From Nitrospirota bacterium (GTDB lineage: Bacteria > Nitrospirota > UBA9217): a DNA stretch of 64,000 nt. Below, piece by piece: positions 30,049 through 39,730 of the stretch. Position 1 is the stretch's first letter. Each line of letters begins with the position of its first letter. The DNA lies in the NCBI GenBank assembly GCA_963840455.1, contig CAWIYV010000009.1, positions 288,001 to 352,000 on the forward strand, written 5' to 3'. The translations under genes and the position numbers were made by a program. The notes below the pieces were generated by a model. It was not told the DNA's origin. It was given only the letters and a program-made list of their open reading frames with translations, and ran no database searches.

Positions 30049-31095
30049 ATGAGCACCTATCAAGCACGAAAACTATTTCTTGCTGTTGCGCTGATATTCC
30101 TGACCGCGTCTGCCGCGGTTGCCGACGGTCAGGCGCGGCTCGCCCCGTGGTACCAGAACCTCGACGCTGCCGTGAGCCTCAGATTCGACGACGGACTGGA
30201 GTCCCATGCGACAAAGGTCATCCCCCAACTGAACCGGTACGGCTTTCGCGCCGTCTTCCTCGTCAGTCCCGGCAGCGCACAGTACCGTGCACGTCGTGAA
30301 TTCTGGGAACAGACGGTCCCTGCGATGGGACACCATCTCGGCAATCATACCATGAACCATCGCGGCGCACGGACCATCGAGGAGGCGGACTACGAGATCG
30401 GTGAGGCAGCGCGGACGATATGGCGGGTCCAGCCCCGGGAATCCAAGCTGCTCGTTTTCGCGAGCGGCGGGGGAAAAAAACTGTGGGGCGGCAAGGAATG
30501 GGAGCAGGCCGATCCTGCCTACCGGCAGCTTGTCCAAAAATACCATCTGATCGATCTCTATGACGGGAACCATCACTATATCAGCGTACGGACCGGCATG
30601 GGGAGCGGGGATCTCTGCGGATCGCTCGACACCACGCTGGCGCGGGGGGGACATCAGAGCTACGCGTTCCATGGCATCGGACGGCCCTCTTTCCTGGAAT
30701 GGGTGAAGATGATGATCCGGGGGTATGGCATGACGACCAGTGAGGAGACCTTCTCCGGATTCCTCGGCTGCCTGGATGAACGCCGGCAGCGCTTCTGGGT
30801 GGCGCCGCTCGACGACATCCTCAAGTATGAGGAGGAGGCCCGGGACGCGGCGGTGCGGACCACCCGTTCCGACCGGCATACCGCCACCCTGCAGCTCTCG
30901 GTGCGCACGGACCCTGTGCTGTACGATCACCCGCTTACCCTGATCCTGCCTGACCAACAGGGGCGGATCGTGCAGAGCGTTAGGCAGGAACGGGAGCAAT
31001 GCAGGGTCTACCAGGATGCGGCCGGCCATGTCCTCGTTGATGTCCGGCCGGCAAACAGCGTGATTACCGTTACCTATAGCGGCGCGCGACCCTGA
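30049..31095 (+). CDS. Secreted polysaccharide deacetylase family protein
   Basis: Signal peptide, SLRFDDG, GNHTMNH; start uncertain (30004 alternative). Confidence 0.8.
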   Translation: MSTYQARKLFLAVALIFLTASAAVADGQARLAPWYQNLDAAVSLRFDDGLESHATKVIPQLNRYGFRAVFLVSPGSAQYRARREFWEQTVPAMGHHLGNHTMNHRGARTIEEADYEIGEAARTIWRVQPRESKLLVFASGGGKKLWGGKEWEQADPAYRQLVQKYHLIDLYDGNHHYISVRTGMGSGDLCGSLDTTLARGGHQSYAFHGIGRPSFLEWVKMMIRGYGMTTSEETFSGFLGCLDERRQRFWVAPLDDILKYEEEARDAAVRTTRSDRHTATLQLSVRTDPVLYDHPLTLILPDQQGRIVQSVRQEREQCRVYQDAAGHVLVDVRPANSVITVTYSGARP

Positions 31096-31122
31096 GGTGC
31101 TGCCGGACCACGAGCGAACGAC

Positions 31123-31686
31123 ATGGACGTTCTTGACGCAGTAAAAGGCCGGAGAAGCATCCGGGATTTTCAGGACCGCCCGATACCGCACGAGACGCTC
31201 GAGGACCTGATCGAGGCGCTTCGATGGGCGCCATCGGCCGGGAACCTGCAGAGCAGAAAGTTCTATCTGGTATTCAACGAGGACCTGCGCAGTCGGCTTG
31301 CTGCCGCGGCAGGCAGCACGGCCCTCGCTGCCAAGCTGAAAAGAGCGGTAAAGACCGTGCTCGGGAGGAACGCCCTGTCCGCAGCTCCGCTGGTGATCGT
31401 GGCCTGCCTCGACCGTTCCATTGCGGCGCGGTACGGTGAACGCGGCGAGCGGCTCTATGCCATCCAGGACGTGGCCCTGAGCCTGATGAACATGATGCTG
31501 GTCGCGCACGACCGGGGGCTGGGCAGCGTATGGATCGGCGCCTTCGATGAGGAACGGGTAGCGTCGATCATGGGACTGCCGGAACACCTCCGGCCGGTGG
31601 CCCTGGTCCCGGTCGGCCATCCGGCGCGGGTGCCCGGACCTCCGGAACGGCTGCCGCGGGAACAGGCTGTCGAGTTCGTGCGCTGA
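31123..31686 (+). CDS. Nitroreductase family protein
   Basis: RRSIRDF, APSAGNLQ, GLGSVWIGAF. Confidence 0.92.
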   Translation: MDVLDAVKGRRSIRDFQDRPIPHETLEDLIEALRWAPSAGNLQSRKFYLVFNEDLRSRLAAAAGSTALAAKLKRAVKTVLGRNALSAAPLVIVACLDRSIAARYGERGERLYAIQDVALSLMNMMLVAHDRGLGSVWIGAFDEERVASIMGLPEHLRPVALVPVGHPARVPGPPERLPREQAVEFVR

Positions 31687-31710
31687 AGGCAGGCAGGCCA
31701 GAAGACCTGC

Positions 31711-32754
31711 ATGCCGGAAAGGTGGTCAATGGAGACAAGGATCGTTGCAGAGAAAGAAAAAAATGCGTGGGAACAGTATGTCCGAAATCATCCGGGCTCG
31801 ATCGCGTGGCAAAGTTATGATTGGTTTTCGGTCGTGCGGAAGCATTACGCTGTGGACTTCATTCCGCTGGCGGTCATGAACGGATCGGGCATCACCGGCG
31901 TCCTTCCCCTTTACCGGATCGGCTCGTCGCAAGGAAAGAACATGCTGATCTCCGTTCCCTATGCAGTGGCGGGCGGCATCCTGGCTGACAACGAGGAGGC
32001 CGACGCGGCGCTCGTCGGGAAGGCGATCGCACTGGCAGCGGAATACGGATCGCGGGGTATCACGCTCAAACAGTATAAAAGGAAGATCACCGGGAGTTTC
32101 CGGATCGACGACGGGTTCTATAACCGGGAGCTGGACATTTCCCGGGACCTCACGAAGGTATGGAACGGTCTGGATGACAGGAACAAGCAGCGGATCGACG
32201 AGGCCCGGAACTATCCGCTTGCGCTCGACTATCCGACACGCGATATTACCGCGTTCTACAAACTGCTGCTCCACCATCACCACCGGAGCGGTGTGCCCTG
32301 CGTTAGCAAGAAGTGGATCGAGGACCTCATCGCCTTCAAGCTCTATTCCGCGGCGCTTCTGACCTTGAACGGACGGCCGGTCGCCGGCACCCTCGTCAAG
32401 GAGTTCAAGGACACGGTGTCCCTCCCGTTCAGCTGCATCGCCGGCGCCGATGAGCGGCACCGCATGTACGCCTATGATCTCTATTGGAAGCTCATTTCGC
32501 GCTTCGCCGCGAGCGGCACGCGGATCTACCACTCGGGCCGCATCCCGCATAACAACGACGTGGAGGACTACCGGCTCGGATGGAACGGTACGCAGTATGG
32601 CTACTATTACCAGTATTATCCGGAGGGCGATGCCATCCGCCAGGAGTCGAACAAGAAGGGAAAAAAACGGGAGCTGTTCACTGCGCTCTGGCGGCGGGTC
32701 CCGGAAAGCATCGCAGCCCGGCTCGGGCCGTCCATCGTGAAACGATTTCCCTGA
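31711..32754 (+). CDS. FemAB-related protein (PEP-CTERM-system type)
   Basis: ITGVLPL...LISVPYAVAGG, LWRRVP....RLGPSIVK C-terminus. Confidence 0.82.
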   Translation: MPERWSMETRIVAEKEKNAWEQYVRNHPGSIAWQSYDWFSVVRKHYAVDFIPLAVMNGSGITGVLPLYRIGSSQGKNMLISVPYAVAGGILADNEEADAALVGKAIALAAEYGSRGITLKQYKRKITGSFRIDDGFYNRELDISRDLTKVWNGLDDRNKQRIDEARNYPLALDYPTRDITAFYKLLLHHHHRSGVPCVSKKWIEDLIAFKLYSAALLTLNGRPVAGTLVKEFKDTVSLPFSCIAGADERHRMYAYDLYWKLISRFAASGTRIYHSGRIPHNNDVEDYRLGWNGTQYGYYYQYYPEGDAIRQESNKKGKKRELFTALWRRVPESIAARLGPSIVKRFP

Positions 32755-32867
32755 ATCGGGCGCGCAGTGCGAACGTGAAGGCAACCATCTGCAGCGCACC
32801 CCGGTCGATGCGAGCGCCCGGGAGCGAAGAGGATGATCAACGACGAAGCGGAAGAGGAGGAAGTACG

Positions 32868-34178
32868 ATGAAGATCAATATCTACGGCATGGGATACGTG
32901 GGCTGCGTGTCGGCTGCCTGTCTGGCACAGGATGGTCACGAAGTGACCGGCATCGATGTGGACCCGGTCAAGGTGAACCTGATCAACAGAAAGAAGAGCC
33001 CGATCGTCGAACCGGGCCTTCCGGAACTGATCAGGAAGGTCGTGACCTCGGGAAACCTCAAGGCGAGCAACAACGGAGCAGGGCCAGCTGATGTCTCGAT
33101 CGTCTGCGTCGGTACGCCGAGCAGCAGGAACGGCAGCCTGCAGCTGGACTACATCAAGCGCGTGGCAGAACAGATCGGGAGCGTTCTGAAAAGGACGGCA
33201 GCCTATCATGTCGTCAACATCCGAAGCACCGTCTTGCCCGGCACCGTCAAGGAGACGATCATCCCGATTCTCGAGGAGCGGTCCCAAAAGCGGGCGGGGA
33301 AGGATTTCGGCGTATGCATGAACCCCGAATTCCTGCGGGAGGGGACGTCGATCAAGGATTACTATCATCCGCCGTTCACCGTGATCGGGCAGATAAACAA
33401 AAAGAGCGGAGCGGTCGTCGAGAAGCTCTACGGGACCATCGAGAACGCCCCGGTCATCAAGACAGCCATACAGGTGGCGGAAATGGTAAAATATAGCTGC
33501 AATACCTTCCATGCCCTGAAGGTGACCTTCGCGAACGAGATCGGGAACATCTGCAAGGCCGTAGGGGTTGACAGCCACGAGCTGATGGATATCTTCTGTC
33601 AGGACACGAAATTGAACATATCAAGCTATTATCTCAAGCCCGGTTTCGCCTTCGGCGGCTCTTGCTTGCCCAAGGACCTCCGGGCAGTCCTGTACAAGGC
33701 GAAGATGCTCGATCTCGACTGCGCGCTCCTGGATGCGGTCCTGAAGAGCAATGCCCACCAGATCGATACGGCTTACGATCTCATCAAAAATACGGGCAAG
33801 CGGAAGATCGGCGTGCTCGGCCTGAGCTTCAAGCCCGGGACCGACGATCTGCGCGAGAGCCCCATGGTGGAGCTCGTTGAAAGGCTGATCGGCAAAGGAT
33901 ACGAGATCCAGATCTACGATCATGAGGTGTCCCTCGCGAAGTTGTTCGGGTCGAACAAACGGTATATCGAGACCATGATCCCGCATATCTCAACACTCCT
34001 GAAACCGTCGATTAAGCAGGTGGTCAGCGGCGCGAAGCTGGTCGTAGTCGGAAAGAGCAACCAGGAAATCCAGCAGGCGGTCGCAAAGGCCAACGGCAGC
34101 AAGGTCGTGCTGGACCTTGTCAGACTCTTTGCCATATCCCCGAAAAAGGCGGCCCACTATGAAGGAATCTGCTGGTAG
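32868..34178 (+). CDS. algD: GDP-mannose 6-dehydrogenase-like nucleotide-sugar dehydrogenase
   Basis: GMGYVG, NPEFLREG, YLKPGFAFGGSCLPKD, C-terminal EGICW characteristic of AlgD. Confidence 0.85.
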   Translation: MKINIYGMGYVGCVSAACLAQDGHEVTGIDVDPVKVNLINRKKSPIVEPGLPELIRKVVTSGNLKASNNGAGPADVSIVCVGTPSSRNGSLQLDYIKRVAEQIGSVLKRTAAYHVVNIRSTVLPGTVKETIIPILEERSQKRAGKDFGVCMNPEFLREGTSIKDYYHPPFTVIGQINKKSGAVVEKLYGTIENAPVIKTAIQVAEMVKYSCNTFHALKVTFANEIGNICKAVGVDSHELMDIFCQDTKLNISSYYLKPGFAFGGSCLPKDLRAVLYKAKMLDLDCALLDAVLKSNAHQIDTAYDLIKNTGKRKIGVLGLSFKPGTDDLRESPMVELVERLIGKGYEIQIYDHEVSLAKLFGSNKRYIETMIPHISTLLKPSIKQVVSGAKLVVVGKSNQEIQQAVAKANGSKVVLDLVRLFAISPKKAAHYEGICW

Positions 34179-35460
34179 TACGCTGCTGTTCGTCGAGAAC
34201 CGCTACCCCCATGATCCCCGCGTGCGGAACGAGGCGACCGCGCTGGTAGCAGCCGGATACCGGGTGACGGTGATCTCGCTGCGCGCGAAGGACGAGCCAA
34301 GCCACGCGTTCTTTGACGGCGTGGAGGCCTATCGCATCCCGCGCATCACCCTGTTCAATAAGACGAACCGAAGCGTCCAGACATTCCACGGCAGGATCCT
34401 GACCGCCTTCAAGTCGCTCATCGGCTACCTGGTCGAGTATTCCTACTTCACGCTGGGCAGCCTGTTCATCAGCATGTACGTATGCGCCAGGCAGCGCGTC
34501 GATATCATCCACCTGAACAACCCTCCGGACACGCTCTGGACCATCGCAGCGCTGTACAAGCTGCTGGGCAAGAAGGTCGTGTTCGATCATCACGATCTGT
34601 CCCCGGAGCTCTACCTGTCCCGCTACGGAATCAAGGGAGAAGGGAAGGGAATGATCTACCGCACTCTCCTCCTGCTGGAGAAGATCAACCTGAAGATTGC
34701 CGATGTCGTGATCGCGACGAACGAATCCTATCGTGAGAACGACATCCGGCGGGGCAATCTGGACGAACGGAAGGTGTTCATCGTGCGGAACGGTCCGGAC
34801 CTGAACCGCGTGCGGCTGACCGCGTCCGACGAGCGGCTGAAGAGCATGAACAAGAAGATCCTGGCCTATATCGGCATCATGGGGCCCCAGGACGGCGTCG
34901 ATTACCTCATACGGGCCCTGCACCATCTGGTCTATGGGATCGGCAGGACCGATTTCTACTGTGTCCTCATCGGGAAAGGCGATTCACTCGAGTCCCTCAA
35001 GGCCCTCGCCCACGACCTCAAGATCGACGAGCACGTCTGGTTCACGGGGTTCATCCCCGATGCGGACGTCATACGGTATCTTTCGACCGCCGACATCTGC
35101 GTCGACCCCGATCCGTCCAGTCCATTGAACGATGTGTCGACATGGATCAAGATCATGGAGTATATGGCGTTGGAAAAGCCCATCGTGACCTTCGATCTCA
35201 AGGAGACGCGGTATTCCGCAGGGGATGCCGCCCTCTATGTACGCCCCAACGATGAAGAGGGCTTTGCGCAGGCGATCGTCACCCTCATGGACGATCCGGA
35301 GCTGTGCCGGCAGATGGGAAAGCGGGGACGGGAACGGGTCGAGCGTGAGCTGCACTGGGGCATTGTGAAACAGAATCTTCTGGACGCCTACGCATGGTGC
35401 CTCACCCCGGGCAAGAAACGAAGCGCGTCGGAAGTGGTGCAACGGCAGACCGAGGAGTGA
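34159..35460 (+). CDS. GT4 glycosyltransferase
   Basis: DPRVRNEA, FDHHDL.PE, KIMEYMALEKPIV. Confidence 0.92.
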   Translation: MKESAGSTLLFVENRYPHDPRVRNEATALVAAGYRVTVISLRAKDEPSHAFFDGVEAYRIPRITLFNKTNRSVQTFHGRILTAFKSLIGYLVEYSYFTLGSLFISMYVCARQRVDIIHLNNPPDTLWTIAALYKLLGKKVVFDHHDLSPELYLSRYGIKGEGKGMIYRTLLLLEKINLKIADVVIATNESYRENDIRRGNLDERKVFIVRNGPDLNRVRLTASDERLKSMNKKILAYIGIMGPQDGVDYLIRALHHLVYGIGRTDFYCVLIGKGDSLESLKALAHDLKIDEHVWFTGFIPDADVIRYLSTADICVDPDPSSPLNDVSTWIKIMEYMALEKPIVTFDLKETRYSAGDAALYVRPNDEEGFAQAIVTLMDDPELCRQMGKRGRERVERELHWGIVKQNLLDAYAWCLTPGKKRSASEVVQRQTEE

Positions 35461-35565
35461 CGCCCCGGCGGGTCATTGCCCTTTCGGGAAGACAGCTGTA
35501 CGATCGACGTTCTCGCTGGTTCCTCACGACAAAAACCATGGCCCTTTTGAAAAGTCAGAGGTAAC

Positions 35566-36507
35566 ATGCAATCAGGAAAGATTACATATGTACTCATAAC
35601 GCCAGCGAGGAATGAAGAGGCATACATCGAGAAAACGATTCAAGCTGTCGTCGCTCAGACCATTTTGCCCAGAAAGTGGATTATCGTCAGCGATGGTTCA
35701 ACGGATCGAACGGATGATATTGTAAAAAAATACCTGCCTGATCATCCCTGGATTGAACTTATCCGCATGCCGGAACACAGGGACAGGCACTTTGCCGCCA
35801 AGGTCATGTGTTTTAAGGCGGGCTATGAGAAAGTGAAGAACACGGAACATGACATTATCGGCAGTCTTGACGCCGATATCACGTTCGAACCGGATTATTT
35901 CGAATTTCTCTTGCGCAAGCTCGCCGACCTCCCCGAGCTCGGTGTAGTCGGTACCCCTTTCATAGAGGGCTCAGCGCATTATGATTACCGGTTCACGAAC
36001 ATCGAGCATGTATCAGGGGCATGTCAGATGTTCAGGCGTGAATGCTTTGAGGATATCGGCGGATATGTTCCCAATAAAGCCGGTGGAATCGACTGGATCG
36101 CTGTGACGACAGCCAGGATGAAAGGGTGGAAGACGAGGACGTATACCGAGAAGACCTGCATCCACCATCGCATAATCGGAACAGGCAGCCACGGCAATGT
36201 CATGAGGTGGTTTAAACAAGGCCGGAAAGACTACCTTTTAGGCAGTCATCCCCTGTGGCAGGTATTTAGGTCCCTCTATCAAATGAAACAGAAACCCTAT
36301 GTTATCTGCGGTTCATATTTGCTGACAGGATATATCTGGTCAATGATGAAGAGAGAGAAACGACCAATCTCCCGAGAGTTGATCATATTCAACAGGAGGG
36401 AGCAGATGCAAAGGCTGAAGATGATCTTTTTCGCCTCCCCGTCGCATGTTTCGAGGTCAGCAGGGGAGTGCTCAGTTGGAAAACCGGGAACCGGAAGGGG
36501 TGCTTGA
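35566..36507 (+). CDS. GT2 glycosyltransferase
   Basis: ITPARNEE, VSDGSTDRT, LDADI. Confidence 0.92.
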   Translation: MQSGKITYVLITPARNEEAYIEKTIQAVVAQTILPRKWIIVSDGSTDRTDDIVKKYLPDHPWIELIRMPEHRDRHFAAKVMCFKAGYEKVKNTEHDIIGSLDADITFEPDYFEFLLRKLADLPELGVVGTPFIEGSAHYDYRFTNIEHVSGACQMFRRECFEDIGGYVPNKAGGIDWIAVTTARMKGWKTRTYTEKTCIHHRIIGTGSHGNVMRWFKQGRKDYLLGSHPLWQVFRSLYQMKQKPYVICGSYLLTGYIWSMMKREKRPISRELIIFNRREQMQRLKMIFFASPSHVSRSAGECSVGKPGTGRGA

Positions 36508-37377
36508 GTGCTGGTGCTGGACAGGATCATGAAATTACTCATTTCGCTGGTCTATCACGCATACCGGAAGGTCCGTACCCTGGCGGGCGCTCTCGTGGGT
36601 GAAGGTCGATCGGGGCGCTATGTGGTATTGACCTATCACGCCGTTAAGGCCGGGCAGCAAGATAGGTTCGCATCGCAAATGGAATCGCTGAAAAAACACG
36701 GCACAGTTGTCTCAGCAGAAGCGGCTGCTCCCCGTGACGGCGAGAACCGGATCGCCATAACGTTCGACGATGGCTTTACGAGCGTGGCCGAGAATGCATT
36801 GCCGGTCATGGACGCGCAGGGGGTGCCGGCAACGATCTTTGTCCCGACGGGCTATCTGGGAGCGCGTGCCGGGTGGATAACGAAGCGGGAACATCCAAAC
36901 TATCATGAGGTCGTCCTGACGGGGCGGCAATTACAGGGGCTCCCGAACGACTTTGTCTGCATCGGATCACACACTGTTCTTCACCGGGACCTGTCATCCG
37001 TGAAGCCCGACGAGGCCGAAGCCGAGCTCCGGCAGTCAAAGGAGGCGCTGGAATCACTCCTGAACAGACCCGTGCGCCTGCTCTCCTTGCCTTACGGCAG
37101 CTGTAATCCCACCGTACTGGAATTAGCGAGGACGGCGGGTTATCAGCGTATATTTCTGAATGTCCCGGTGTCTAATGCCGCTGCTGGCGGGGAAGATGTC
37201 GTGGGAAGGACGAACGCCTCGCCTGATGATTGGGGTATCGAGTTTACGTTGAAGGCCAGGGGAGCATATGAGTGGCTTCCCGTCGCGATAAAGGTGAAGA
37301 GGCGCCTGCGGCATCTGCTTGCAGGAACAATGCACCTGCGGGCCAAGTCCCGTGATGCAGGAATCGCCAACAGTTGA
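36508..37377 (+). CDS. Polysaccharide deacetylase
   Basis: LTYH, ITFDDG, IGSHTVLH, LPYG. Confidence 0.9.
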   Translation: MLVLDRIMKLLISLVYHAYRKVRTLAGALVGEGRSGRYVVLTYHAVKAGQQDRFASQMESLKKHGTVVSAEAAAPRDGENRIAITFDDGFTSVAENALPVMDAQGVPATIFVPTGYLGARAGWITKREHPNYHEVVLTGRQLQGLPNDFVCIGSHTVLHRDLSSVKPDEAEAELRQSKEALESLLNRPVRLLSLPYGSCNPTVLELARTAGYQRIFLNVPVSNAAAGGEDVVGRTNASPDDWGIEFTLKARGAYEWLPVAIKVKRRLRHLLAGTMHLRAKSRDAGIANS

Positions 37378-37467
37378 GAGCGGGCTGAAACGGGGCATTG
37401 CGGGGCGGCAACTTCCCGGATCCTGCGCACGGCGCATCCCCGAACGTGAAGAAAGGAGCAGAGGCGA

Positions 37468-38709
37468 ATGAAGGAAAGAGCAGACAGGGTGGAAAAGAGC
37501 CTGGCGAAACTGGAGCGCTGGGTGGTCGATCACGATTACCGAGGGTATGAGCCCTTTGACGGTCTGTCCTCGGTCCTGAGGCCGCTGACGTTCCGGAACG
37601 AGCTGGCCGAACGTCTTCTGCAGCAGGCCGTGCGTCAGAGCCCGATCAACCTTCGTCCCCTTTTTGGCGTGAAGCCGCTCGATTCCACGAAGGGGAGGGG
37701 CTACATGGCATGGGGCTACCTCGCCATGCTGCGGGACCGGCACGACGACGCGATCCGCGCCCGGGCGATCGAGTGCCTGGAATGGCTGATCAAGAACAAG
37801 TCGCCGTTCTACCGGGACTTCAGCTGGGGAAACCATTTCGACTATTCGAGCCGCGGCGGCCAGATGCCCAAGTACGAGCCCACCATCGTGTGGACGAGCC
37901 TGATTGGCAATGCATTCCTGGATGGTTATGAGATCCTGAAGGACGAGCGATATCTGAACGTGGCCCGGAGCGTCTGCGATTGGATCCTGTCGCTGCCGCG
38001 GGACGTGAACGGCACCGGCACCTGTCTCAGCTATGTGAAATACCAGAAGAGCTCTATCCACAATTCCAACATGCTTGGCGCCGCGATGCTGGCCCGCACC
38101 GCCTCCCTGACGGGCGACCGGTCCGCGCTGCCGCTGGCAAAGGAAGCGATGCGGTACAGCTGTGCCAACCAGAATCCGGACGGCGCATGGTACTACGGGA
38201 AGGCCGAAAAGTACCACTGGATCGACAATTTCCACACCGGCTACAACCTGGACAGTCTGAAGCGTTATATCGCGTACGCCGGTGACCGAGAATTTGAGGA
38301 GAACCTGCAGCGAGGATATGGCTACTACAAGACGCACTTCTTCGAGCCAAGCGGGCGGCCGAAATACTACCACGACCGCTCCTATCCGATCGATATCCAG
38401 TGTGCGGCGCAGGCGATCGATACGCTGGTGCTGTTCTCGGATCAGGACCCGTCGTCGATCGAGCTTGCCTGGCGCGTTGCGAACTGGACGATCAGCAACA
38501 TGCAGGACGGAAGCGGGTACTTCTACTACCGGATCCTTCCGCTCAAGAAGGTGAGGATCCCGATGATCCATTGGGGGCAGGCTACAATGTTCAAGGCCCT
38601 CGCTCATCTGTTGACGAAGCTCCGGGGCACGCACAATGACCTTGCGAGTGTACGGGATGGCCAGAGCACCAATGCTCCGGACCGGAAAATGTCCGTGAAG
38701 GTGCTTTGA
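37468..38709 (+). CDS. Conserved EPS-cluster protein, predicted (alpha/alpha)6 barrel (epimerase/hydrolase-like)
   Basis: Repeating helix + W/Y motifs (QNPDGAWYYG, WIDNFHTGYNL, YPIDI, MQDGSGYFYY); function not assignable. Confidence 0.7.
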   Translation: MKERADRVEKSLAKLERWVVDHDYRGYEPFDGLSSVLRPLTFRNELAERLLQQAVRQSPINLRPLFGVKPLDSTKGRGYMAWGYLAMLRDRHDDAIRARAIECLEWLIKNKSPFYRDFSWGNHFDYSSRGGQMPKYEPTIVWTSLIGNAFLDGYEILKDERYLNVARSVCDWILSLPRDVNGTGTCLSYVKYQKSSIHNSNMLGAAMLARTASLTGDRSALPLAKEAMRYSCANQNPDGAWYYGKAEKYHWIDNFHTGYNLDSLKRYIAYAGDREFEENLQRGYGYYKTHFFEPSGRPKYYHDRSYPIDIQCAAQAIDTLVLFSDQDPSSIELAWRVANWTISNMQDGSGYFYYRILPLKKVRIPMIHWGQATMFKALAHLLTKLRGTHNDLASVRDGQSTNAPDRKMSVKVL

Positions 38710-38767
38710 TATCGAAAGGAACCATGGTTTCCGGAGTACATGCATTGCAGCTCCTGTCTTGCTCAGG

Positions 38768-39730
38768 ATGAAGGAACGACATCACATAACGGTCTGTGTC
38801 TGCACCTATGAGCGGCCTCAGCTGCTTGCCCGGCTGCTCCAGGCGCTGGGCCGTCAGCAGAACGATGGGCTCTTTACCCTCTCCGTGGTGGTCGTGGACA
38901 ATGACCGTCGTCAGTCCGGCCGCAAAGCGGTCGAGGAGGCCGCCGCGAGCGGGATCGTGTCCGTGCAATACGCCGTGGAACCGGTGCAGAACATCGCCCT
39001 TGCGAGGAACCGTGCCGTACGGAAGGCGTCGGGGACGCACATCGCCTTCCTCGATGATGACGAGAGGCCCATCGACACCTGGCTCCTGCATCTTTATCGG
39101 ACCTGCCTGGCGCATGACGCCGACGGCGTCCTCGGTCCGGTAAAGCCGGAGTTTAACGGGACGCCGCCCGCCTGGATCGTGAAGGGACGGATCTGCGAGC
39201 GGAAGAACCATGCCACCGGAACCATCCTGCGGCACTATACCGATACGCGGACGGGCAATGTTCTGTTCAACAGCCGCATCTTTGCGGGCGAGGATCGCCC
39301 CTTTGATCCGGGCTTCGGGAGGACAGGCGGCGAGGATACGGACTTCTTTCGTCGCATGCTGCACAAAGGGTGCACCTTTGTCTGGTGCAACGAGGCGGAA
39401 GCGTACGAGACGGTCCCGCCCGAACGGCTGACACGCTCCTACTATCTCCGCCGTGCCCTGCTGCGAGGTTCCGTCGCATTCCGCCAACCGACGGTCCGGC
39501 TGAAGGTCCTGGGCGTGGCCAAGTCCATGGCTGCGGTCGCCGTCTACACACCCCTGATGCCGCTCTTCCTGGCTGCGGGCCCCCATATTCTCATGAAGTA
39601 CCTTATCAGATACTGTGATCATCTCGGAAAACTCATGGCCGCCGTCGGGTTCGATGTCGTCAAGGAGCGGAGCCAGGTGACCGCCGGACCGTCGGGCGGG
39701 CAGTATCCTGAGATGCCGGAGCGCCGATGA
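38768..39730 (+). CDS. GT2 glycosyltransferase (ExoM-like)
   Basis: VCVCTYERP, VVVDND, NIALARN, AFLDDDE, GGEDTDFF. Confidence 0.9.
   Translation: MKERHHITVCVCTYERPQLLARLLQALGRQQNDGLFTLSVVVVDNDRRQSGRKAVEEAAASGIVSVQYAVEPVQNIALARNRAVRKASGTHIAFLDDDERPIDTWLLHLYRTCLAHDADGVLGPVKPEFNGTPPAWIVKGRICERKNHATGTILRHYTDTRTGNVLFNSRIFAGEDRPFDPGFGRTGGEDTDFFRRMLHKGCTFVWCNEAEAYETVPPERLTRSYYLRRALLRGSVAFRQPTVRLKVLGVAKSMAAVAVYTPLMPLFLAAGPHILMKYLIRYCDHLGKLMAAVGFDVVKERSQVTAGPSGGQYPEMPERR

Noticed and set aside
26406-38745. Long antisense ORFs (e.g. 26406-27857, 30073-31620, 37123-38745)
   Set aside because: No recognisable motifs, opposite well-supported genes, and expected from high-GC codon bias.
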